Positions 54,201 through 63,837 of a stretch of 64,000 nucleotides of DNA are shown here, piece after piece. The first letter of the stretch is position 1; each line of letters opens with the position of its first letter. This DNA comes from Antedon mediterranea (lineage: Eukaryota; Animalia; Echinodermata). Position numbers and translations under genes: made by a program. The DNA lies in assembly GCF_964355755.1 (NCBI RefSeq), contig NC_092677.1, forward strand, positions 9,446,101-9,510,100, read 5' to 3'. The notes below the pieces were generated by a model. That model was not told the DNA's origin. It did no database searches and saw nothing but the letters and a program-made list of their open reading frames with translations.

Positions 54201-54735
54201 ATAAATGGTTACTATAGCATAATAAACATGCGCAGAGGCGAATAATGGGTTCTGCGCATGTTAATTGTGCTATAGTAACCAGTTTTATCGAAAAATAAAA
54301 ACATCGAAAATTGGCCATTTTTTGAAAAAATGCCTGTACTATAGTACAGGGAAATTTTCGAAAAATGATCGATTTTCGACTCTTTTATTTTTTGACATAA
54401 ATCGTTACTATTGCATAATAAACATGCGCAGAGGCGAATAATGGGTTCTGCGCATGGCAATTGTGCTATAGTAACCAGTTTTTATATAAATGGTTACTAT
54501 TGCATAAAAAACATGCGCAGAAGCGAATAATGGGTTCTGCGCATGTCAATTGTGCTATAGTAACCAGTTTTGACATAAATGGTTACTATAGCATAATAAA
54601 CATGCGCAGAGCCGAATAATGGGTTCTGCGCATGTTAATTGTGCTATAGTAACCAGTTTTATCGAAAAATAAAAAGATCGAAAATTGGCCATTTTTTGAA
54701 AAAAATCCCTGTACTATACTACAGGGAAATTTTAC
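45219..54735. repeat. Satellite array, ~285-bp unit (89+89+~107 bp modules) with higher-order repeats
   Basis: Near-identical tandem units; repeated ORF offsets of 282-286, 374, 567, 849, 946 and 1989 bp. Confidence 0.97.
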
Positions 54736-54749
54736 CATTTTATTTTTTG

Positions 54750-56205
54750 ATCATCTTATAGTACCATAGAATAATTCAATTATTATGCGTTTATATTGCT
54801 GTATATGATCATATATTGCTTTATGATCGTCTTATAGTACCATAGAAAAATTCAATAATTATGCGTTTATATTGCTGTATATGATCATATATTGCTTTAT
54901 GATCATTTTATAGTACCATAGAACAATTCAATTATTTTGCGTTTTTATTGCTGTAGGCCTATATGATCATATATTGCTTTATGATCATCTTATAGTACCA
55001 TAGAACCCAATTGTATCGAAAAATAAAAAGGTCGAAAATTGGCCATATATCGAAAAATCCCTGTATGGATTTTTTCCCAAAAATGGCCAAAATATCAAGT
55101 TTTTAAAATTCAATTATTATGCGTTCATATTGCTGTATATGATCATATATTGCTTTATGATCATTTTATAGTACCATAGAACAATTCAATTATTTTGCGT
55201 TTTTATTGCTGTAGGCCTATATGATCATATATTGCTTTATGATCATCTTATAGTACCATAGAACCCAATTGTATCGAAAAATAAAAAGGTCGAAAATTGG
55301 CCATATATCGAAAAATCCCTGTATGGATTTTTTCCCAAAAATGGCCAAAATATCAAGTTTTTAAAATTCAATTATTATGCGTTCATATTGCTGTATATGA
55401 TCATATATTGCTTTATGATCGTCTTATAGTACCATAGAACAATTCAATTATTTTTTGCGTTTATATTGCTGTATATGATCATATATTGCTTTATGATCGT
55501 CTTATAGTACCATAGAACAATTCAATTATTATGCGTTTATATTGGTGTATATGATCATATATTGCTTTATGATCATTTTATAGTACCATAGAACAATTCA
55601 ATTATTTTGCGTTTATATTGCTGTATAATATGATCATATATTGCTTTATGATCATCTTATAGTACCATAGAACAATTCAATAATTATGCGTTTATATTGC
55701 TGTATATGATCATATATTGCTTTATGATCATTTTATAGTACCATAGAACAATTCAATTATTTTGCGTTTATATTGCTGTATATGATCATATATTGCTTTA
55801 TGATCATCTTATAGTACCATAGAACAATTCAATAATTATGCGTATATATTGCTGTATATGATCATATATTGCTTTATGATCGTCTTATAGTACCATAGAA
55901 CAATTCAATTATTATGCGTTTATATTGCTGTATATGATCATATATTGCTTTATGATCATCTTATAGTACCATAGAACAATTCAATAATTATGCGTATATA
56001 TTGCTGTATATGATCATATATTGCTTTATGATCGTCTTATAGTACCATAGAACAATTCAATTATTATGCGTTTATATTGCTGTATATGATCATATATTGC
56101 TTTATGATCGTCTTATAGTACCATAGAACAATTCAATTATTATGCGTTTATATTGCTGTATATGATCATATATTGCTTTATGATCTTCGTGTAGTACCAT
56201 AGAAC
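54750..56205. repeat. 76-bp tandem repeat (includes one 258-bp duplication)
   Basis: ATCATATATTGCTTTATGATC(G/A)TCTTATAGTACCATAGAACAATTCAATTATTATGCGTTTATATTGCTGTATATG, e.g. at 55861 and 55937; GAACCCAATTG block at 55003 and 55261. Confidence 0.95.
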
Positions 56206-57546
56206 CCAGTTTTGCCGATAAATAGATAAATACCAAGGTGGAAAATTTAGCAATTTTTCGAAAAATGGCCAAATTTCGACCCTTTTTTTCGACATAATTA
56301 GTTACTATGGCCCTATAAGATGATGATAACATAATATACGCGCATATATGGCAATATTATCGTATAATAATTGAATTTTTAAAAGTGATCGACTATTTTG
56401 GCCATTTTTTGAAAAAATCCATGTAATTTCGACTCTGATATTTTTTTACATAATTGGTAATCATAATTTGACATGCGCCGACGCACATAATGTGTTCTGC
56501 TCATGTTACCTCAATATTATATGCATATTTGTTAATGTCGATATTTTTTTTATCGACCATTTTTGACAAAACTTGTTACTACGGCTCTATAAAATGGTCA
56601 TAACATAATATGCGGGTATGTAGCAATATTATTTCATAATATGCCAATATGATATTTCGCCCCTTTCTTCAAGAGAAATTTTCGAAAGATTACAAATTTC
56701 AACCCATAAGATGATACAAATTGAATTTGTATCAACAAATAAAAGGGTCGAATTGCGAACATTTTCGAAACAATCCCTATATACTATGCTAAGATGATAC
56801 TAACAGTAACACAATATTCAGATTCAGATTTATTTTATGTACTTATATATATATATATATATATATATAGTACAATACTTACAATGTTGGAATTATAGAT
56901 TTTTTTTTCAGGCCAGAACCCTTGATCTAGCCTAATTTGCTCGCTCTTGTGCACTCTCCCTCCCCCACCAAAATGAACCTCTATCCGTCCTGTATTCAGC
57001 AGATAAGACTAACGCGCTTGTCAACCGCTAATCACAATGGGTTACGTTTGAATAGAAGATTTACATACATAAGTTAGTCACGCGTGACCAATACTGCAAT
57101 CCAGGAAGTGTTTCATTAGTGATGTCGCAATCCATAATTTGTATACATCGGTATTGCGCAATACATATTTGCTACGCAACCAACCAACCAAACACAAGAA
57201 TACCAGGGAGTTGTTAATTGTATTGTAAATGATAACCAAATGTTTTTATTTTTATTATATTCATCATATTGTTCAAGTTATAGCAAAATTATATAGATTA
57301 TCGGCTTTCTATGTCACCGACGAAGAATTAGTTAATTGCAAAATGGCGAACCACCAGCTGTCGTATTACTAACAAAAAAATTTAGTACGGGAGATTCAAA
57401 CTATTGTGTTAATAATATCAATATCCAAGGCTGTAACTATTCGTTTTGCTACAACAATATATTTGATTTTATTTTTGTGAATACATATATGTTTACTATA
57501 GACCTAAATGCTTGTGTGAACACCATAGGCCTATTGTGTTCATTTT

Positions 57547-57668
57547 AAGACGCAGCCCATGAACTTAGATGCAACGCAAGCGAGTTCAAATAATCCATCG
57601 CTTGTGATTGGTCAAATTAATTGCGCTTACGTGTCCTTGAATTGCGTTGAATGGTTGTGCGAACCAAA
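57547..57668. mobile_element. Degraded MITE family B
   Basis: GCAACGCAAGCG...CCATCGCTTGTGATTGGTCAA...TTGCGTTG...GAACCAA. Confidence 0.55.
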
Positions 57669-57849
57669 CAAGTTATTATTAACAAAATAAATTCCATGAA
57701 ACAAGGACATTTGCATTAGACGTAAATCTACGAAATTAAATTGTTATATAAAATAACAATCATAACAATTTTTAACTTATGATGATTTTACAGAAGGATT
57801 AGCCGTTAAAATGGAAAATCTTGATCTACCTTCTACAAGGTAGCTACAG

Positions 57850-58143
57850 CCAATCACAGTACGACCTTTGTGACTAAGCGAGTAAGTTTCTGTAAAGATT
57901 GCCCAATCAGAGATCATCAGCATGTGACGTTGTGAAATCGTGTCGCTTATTCATTACCAATTTCAATACTGTGTCTTCAATGACTATCGATTTTGATCAA
58001 TTTTTAGTTTGTTTACTGTTTTATTGTCCCGGATTTTTCCATTTTCGGTTAATTTCGGATGACTGAGCGCCTTCGGTTTGGTTGTTGAGAAATGATGAAC
58101 TCTATGGTAATATGCAAATGAGGTGGCTCACTGTATATATAAA
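57850..58143 (+). promoter_or_regulatory. Promoter of DBD-less IRF gene 2
   Basis: CCAAT 57850 and 57903, TGACGT 57925, octamer ATGCAAAT 58112-58119, TATATATAAA 58134-58143; ATG about 90 bp after the TATA. Confidence 0.55.
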
Positions 58144-58234
58144 TGTTGGCGCACAGTGAAACTTTGTACACTTCAAAAATTCAGAGGACCGAATTTAAGA
58201 ATTTATAGACACCTAAAAGAAACATTTATTTTCG

Positions 58235-59767
58235 ATGGAAAACAATGGCGCAGACGGTGCAAAACAGTCAGGTATGTTACTTACTATTACTTTACGGATA
58301 CAGTATAAAGTATAATCATGCTTAGGCCTATTGTTCTTCAATTGTGTTTTTTCGTAGGCCTATTTCTTTTTAATATTTTTCTATTATTAGGCCTAATACT
58401 TATCACGTATAAATCAAATATTATTAATGTAAACTTGTTGGCATTGTATTGCTGTTAATGTCATTTTTAAAATTATTACTATTGTAAAAAATAGTATTTA
58501 CTTATTTTAATACATACTTAAAACATTATTTAATATTTATGGCAATAAAAGTACTTTTACTTATTTTTTTTTTCAACTTGTACCTTTATTTCTTGTTTTT
58601 CTTTGTGATAATTTTTATTCCAAAGGGTCTTACGACTACAGATAATTATTTGTCTCTGGAAGATCCATGTAACAATGTAAATATTTATATTGTTCAATAA
58701 ATAAATAATTTTATTATACATTTTAAAATTTTATTTTAACAGATTTTCTTATGGAGGTTACAGTGCGTTACCGATCTGAGCAAGTTGCGCGTCAAACCGT
58801 ACGCGGGGTAGACGGGGTTTGCGTTTACCATGGCTCTAACAAAGTTAAAAATGAAGTTATGACAGCTATCGGCTTAAAACGTAGCAGATATGTTGATTAT
58901 AGAACACCGCAAAAATCAGAAAAACTGATTGAACTTACCGATCGTGTGCTATTAAACATGAAAAATGGGTATGTTTATCGAAACATTTATTTATCAAGTT
59001 GTGATCTTTTTTTCTTTGTTGAGGTGAAGGATTTGATTTTGGTTACAAGCAAAGTTTAATTGATATATTGTTGAGTAAAAAGCGTCGTATTTAATTCTTA
59101 TGTCGTTCTTTATTTTAGGATTACTTTTACGTATGATCCAAGTGACAACTGTGTGTACGCTACCCGGCTTTGTAACAGTATGGTATTTATGTACAGTCCG
59201 CAATTTCAAACCGGTCCTGAATATCCAGTTAAACTGATACTCGGACAAAAAACGAAAATTTACGACTGTACCGTTCATGGCATATCGGCATGTTCACTAA
59301 CAGACGAGAAAATGTTTCCGGAGGATCCCAGCGTGTTTTTTAGCGTTGCGCAAAAATGGCAGCCAATTGCATCGAAAGAAGATCGTTTCTGCGCCGACTT
59401 CTTACCTAACAAATTACCGTTGGAAGATTGTTTGGTTTCAATGGCTTTAAAATTACACATTTCTGGTGTTGCTGCCGCTACCCAGAAATTCAACGAAAGT
59501 ACAACGGTCAGTTCTTCCGACATCGACATGGGAAATACCATTTATGGATTGAACCAACCAATCAGACAACCAGACGTATGCCGACCGGAAGTATCAATTA
59601 TCCGTTTGCGTAAGTTTATGGATGCTATGTGCGCAAACGTTCCTGCGATGGAGGATAGGCTGAGATTGTTTCAGGAAAAGCTGGTTGAATTTGAAGCGTC
59701 AACGTCTGACCTACGGAATGAATTCCATGAGCTTGTGAGAGATGCAACAGGAATATCAATACAGTAA
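58235..59767 (+). CDS. IAD-only IRF paralogue (no DNA-binding domain) with C-terminal coiled-coil-like helix, 303 aa
   Basis: join(58235..58271,58743..58968,59119..59767) = 912 nt, open. Aligns to the IRF IAD (MEVTVRYR/MDIKVRYR, SEK, YATRLC/YVTRHC, FFSVAQKWQP identical, LEDCLVS/LDDCLLS) with the same phase-1 and phase-2 introns. In-frame TAA at 58214; AATAAA at 59801. The first exon is less certain than the two IAD exons. Confidence 0.8.
58743..58968 (+). CDS. Gene 2 IAD exon A
   Basis: TTTAACAG| phase 1; FLMEVTVRYRSEQV...SEKLIELTDRVLLNMKNG; GG|GTATGT phase 2, same position as IRF exon 8. Confidence 0.88.
59119..59767 (+). CDS. Gene 2 IAD exon B + tail
   Basis: TTTTAG| GITFTYDPSDNCVYATRLC...VFFSVAQKWQP...; TAA 59765-59767. 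Confidence 0.88.
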
Positions 59768-62494
59768 CGTAGGTAATCCTCGACACTCTGTATTAGATAA
59801 AATAAACTTAATTATCAAGTCATTTATACAGAATGTACAATAATTAATTACGCAAAGTTAAGTAAACGCGCATGCACGCGCGAGCATTTGCAGGGTGCAC
59901 TCGGCACAAACGCGTCTAATTTGCTCTAGTATGCAACAACAACATAGAGCAAGTTAAACACGTTTGGGTAGAGCGTGGCTTTATCTTCACACGCGCGCCG
60001 CCGACGGCACCACTGACTTTTTAATATCGTTTTTATAATTTTATATCGTATTCATCACCAAGGTTAGTGTTCAACTCATATATTCAATACTTTGCCTGGT
60101 CAATTTTAGGACACATGATTTTTTAATTTAGTGTTGTGAAGTGAACAGGTACATTGATTGCATTGTGCGTTTAATACTTAACTGCACCGATAAGAAATTG
60201 ATCCATCAATCGATCGATATATTCCTTTCCAATAATTATTCTCTTAAATTTCGTTTACTAATGTATCGATCAATACTTAAAACGAGTACAAGAGGTTTTT
60301 ATTTACAACGTGATCCAAAAACATAATCTGTCATTTTTAGTATTCTTCTAAACTATATAACGATGCAATAGTTTGTGAATTTTATTTATTAGAATTTTAA
60401 ACATGTAATTAACTTCAAACTATAATTCAATTAATTGTAGAAAACAACCTTGATTGGGCATTATTAGAATTAGAACATTGCATTATTATATTACGTAATA
60501 TAGTGAGTTTGTCATAATATGTCATTATATTTTATAAAGTGTAGGTTTGATATTATCATTATATATATAATATAGTTCATAATATTTAAGATTATTAATG
60601 TCAACACGATGAGGTTCCAGCTTTTTCAAAGAACGTATATACTGGATTTGTTTATAGGCTTTTTGTACTATTACATTACAAACCTAAATTAAACTTAAAT
60701 TAATGAATGTCACGTATGAATTACTTAATTTCATTTCATTCCATATGAGGTCTCTGTATAAATTGTGTTCATGATCGGTTTGTACGGATGATAAAATAAC
60801 AATAGGCCAATTTGACATGGGTAACTAAAATGTCAATAGGGCACTTGGATGCCTGATTATAACAATAACATACAGTCGGCGGTGTGCCTATTCGGTATAG
60901 ATATGCGGATCTAACACGTATATTATAATATATAGGCCTATATTAACTCTTATATACCGGTAAGAAGTAGGGGCTGAAATTTAAATTTCAAAAACAACAG
61001 TGAGAATTAATATACGGCAGAACCAATTAAGTGCGGCTGCTAATTTCATTCGATTTTGTAATTTCCAGATTCGTTTCATGAATATTGTGTGACAGTTTTG
61101 TGGAAATTCCAACAAGTCATGTGACACGACCGAACTTTGTACCATTACCGTATTATCATTTAATTTAATATAATTACCAGGATGATTGTGTTGACCTTAG
61201 GGGTCACATTAGTATTGTAGTTCAGATATTGTCTAGACAATACTTCAGAAATGCTTGATGTAGCATTTGGGTGTATTACGATAGTTTCGTATGTCCTTAT
61301 ACATGAAATACATACGTCCATTATTATATTAAATGTACCAAGGCAACTAAATCGAGAAAATCCTAATCTAATCATAAAATTATACTCTATTTTTTCTACT
61401 AAGATGGTAACATTATTTGCTTGGTTTGAAGATCTTGAAGGTTATAAATAATATGTTGCCAATTATCCATCTGAAGAAATATATAATTTGCTTTTCAGTA
61501 ACAATGCCTACATTCATGTTTTCATCTGTTTGGTGTGCGTTCTTCTAACAATTGTACATATTATTAAATGGATAATAAAATGTAAAAATAGTTTTAACAA
61601 TCCACAGTTTAAATTATTTATATAACACCATTATGTATGATTGTATTGGTTGAGTATTATGGTACATATGCAAGTCAGTTATTGGTTTTATTGTGTTGTT
61701 GCTTACCCGGTTGCTTATTACAATCAGGGGAGAGATCAGTGACAATGATGTGCATCCAATCGGAACCAATGTCGATCGTTCAGTTTCCTTATTTAGTCAG
61801 ACAGTTTCCAAATATGGTGGTCATACTAGGAAACACTTTGATTCGTCGAAACGGTATTTCCGAACATTGCGGTCATACTAGGAAACGACTGGATTCGTCG
61901 TAATTGTTTGGAAATTCCAGGTCTGAATATTACCGAGAAGTATCATAGGTAATGATTCAATGAAAGGTTCCTGGAGATTATATTGTGTTTCCGTTGCATG
62001 TACAACGTAAAGAATATAGAGTTGGTCGCGGAAGGGAGGGAGGAAGATGGAGAGGGCAGCGGGTACCACAACCTATGAACTCATGTAGCATTTACTAACT
62101 TGTTCATAATCACCCTGTGTATTATCATGATTCATCATCATCGTCGTCAGTATTCTTAACATCATAATCATCGGCTTCTTCTAATGATAATGTCATCATC
62201 ATAATTATGCCACAATACAACATTATTCAAAATCAAATTGTTATACATTCCCTATAATTAATTTTATCTCAATATCCGGCACTAAGTTACTAACATACGG
62301 TAAGCTTTAATTCTGAAATTAGAGTTGTTATTGCAATGAAAGAATCTCTTAACATTTTCTTTAATTTAATTACATCTTTTAATTTAAAAATCATGTTATC
62401 AAATCAGGAAACCTATATTGATTGGGAAGTTACGTGTCGTTATGGTTATCCGTAACGACATACTACTAATTTTCAATATAAACACTGCTTAGTT

Positions 62495-62557
62495 TTCCTG
62501 GTAACGAGACGCTTCAAACATATTCTGGGAAAAGCACGCAGTGAACTTGCTATAAAA
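62495..62557 (+). promoter_or_regulatory. Promoter of DBD-less IRF gene 3 (GAS + TATA)
   Basis: TTCCTGGTAA 62495-62504; TTCTGGGAA (TTCN3GAA) 62523-62531; TATAAAA 62551-62557; ATG at 62606. Confidence 0.55.
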
Positions 62558-62605
62558 CACCGGTTTGACAAAAGGCGGCCTTAGCTTATATGCAACCCGT
62601 GAACG

Positions 62606-63320
62606 ATGACGCATCATAGTGGAGGTGTGGATCAATTTGGAAACTTCACCCACAATATCGGATATCCAACATTCGGGAATAATTTACCTGACCTCCCATT
62701 GGATTTTCTTAATTCTTCGTTCGCCGCCGGATTGGAGGGGGACACTGCATCGGGGGCTGTGGACTGGATATCGAAGATGTACGCGGGAACGACCCCCGAA
62801 ACAACATTTGTCACAGGTTCAACTGATTCCTGGGTGGTGACACAACCAGGGATGACACAGAGTGATGTAGCACCATCGAATCTGGTGTTAGGTTCGATGA
62901 TGCCCACGACGATGCATTGTGGTGAGATTGCATCTACATCAGCATTGACATGTGAATGGGTTGAAAATAGGATTGGCACGTCGATTATCGATGGGAACAA
63001 GAAAATGGTTCCCAATAGGATACAGGGTGAGGCAGCATCATCAAACTCTTGGGACATAGGCTTCCCGATAGATTCTATGCCTAAGATGATGATGCGAGGA
63101 GATTTCCCACTATCTACCGGATTTGACGAAGGGACATCACATGTGAAGGTACCACAAATTGCCACATCAACCACGTGCGGATTAATTGATGACGGTGTAG
63201 GTCTAATGGATGGAGAGTATGAGGAGGAGGAGGAGGAGGAAGACGACGACGATGATGACGTCATCGCTATATCTAATCCCGTAGCACAACGTAGGCCGGT
63301 GCGTAAAACAATACGAGAAG
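62606..63320 (+). CDS. Gene 3 exon 1: acidic/low-complexity N-terminal region of a second DBD-less IRF-like protein
   Basis: 238 open codons, GC-richer than flanks, E8D6 run; in-frame TGA at 62600 and TAG at 62582; donor GAAG|GTAAAT at 63321, phase 1. Confidence 0.75.
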
Positions 63321-63649
63321 GTAAATTGTATTTTTTTAAATAAAATTGAATGTTTGCTTTTACTACTATTGATTTATATTAATTATTGACTATTATTTAT
63401 GAGCAGGGCGGATCTTGGGAGGGATAAGGGAAAAGTTACTACCGTTAATCCAGGGAAGAGTGATATTAATTAATTAAACTATTCACTGGGTGGTCAGGAA
63501 GATGATGGTGATGATGAGGATGATATTAATGGCGTTACTATGTCAGGTGATAAATATGAAGATGGTGATAACTAATTTGAGATTTCGTATATGCACTGAG
63601 AATGACAATGACTTCGAAATAGCGTTACGTAAAGTTAATTGGTCAGATA

Positions 63650-63800
63650 TCTAACCATAGCCATCAGCGCAAGCTCAAGGAGTATGAACGCCAGGGCGAT
63701 GGCGGTCGTGGGTTTTAGTGGCACCCAAGAATTACTTATTAGAATTACATTCTAATGTACTTAATTCGCATAAATTAAAATAGATCAGTAAGGCAAACAT
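63650..63800 (+). mobile_element. Degraded copy of the tRNA-Thr-like repeat (intronic)
   Basis: CTAACCATAGCCATCAGCGCAAGCTC...AACGCCAGG...GGTCGTGGGTT...AATGTACTTA...GGCAAACAT shared with 14501-14675. Confidence 0.65.
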
Positions 63801-63837
63801 TTGATGTCAACGACAATATAAACATTTTCTTACATAG

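Noticed and set aside
45211-54460. Dozens of near-identical minus-strand ORFs (MSKLVTIAQLTCAEPII...)
   Set aside because: Translations of a tandem palindromic repeat with frequent frame-shifting indels between units; no coding signature.
45275-54730. GGGAAATTTTC in each satellite unit as a kB array; TGCGCATG as NRF1 sites
   Set aside because: Both are incomplete matches (no terminal CC; half site only) and are by-products of the palindromes.
45219-56205. CRISPR-like array
   Set aside because: No unique spacers (all intervening sequence is itself repeated), no cas genes, spliceosomal eukaryotic context.
57300-57370. Possible relic of IRF DBD exon 2 (GAACCACCAGCTGTC, 'EPPAV') upstream of gene 2
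   Set aside because: Only about 9-12 matching bases, with no Trp or KTRLR; consistent with chance.
57794-57839. Alternative first coding exon for gene 2 (MENLDLPST)
   Set aside because: Its donor is phase 2 while the IAD acceptor needs phase 1, and it lies upstream of the promoter motifs.
62632-63264. 210-aa antisense ORF
   Set aside because: Shadow of gene 3 exon 1; the plus strand has the TATA box, splice donor and an in-frame next exon.
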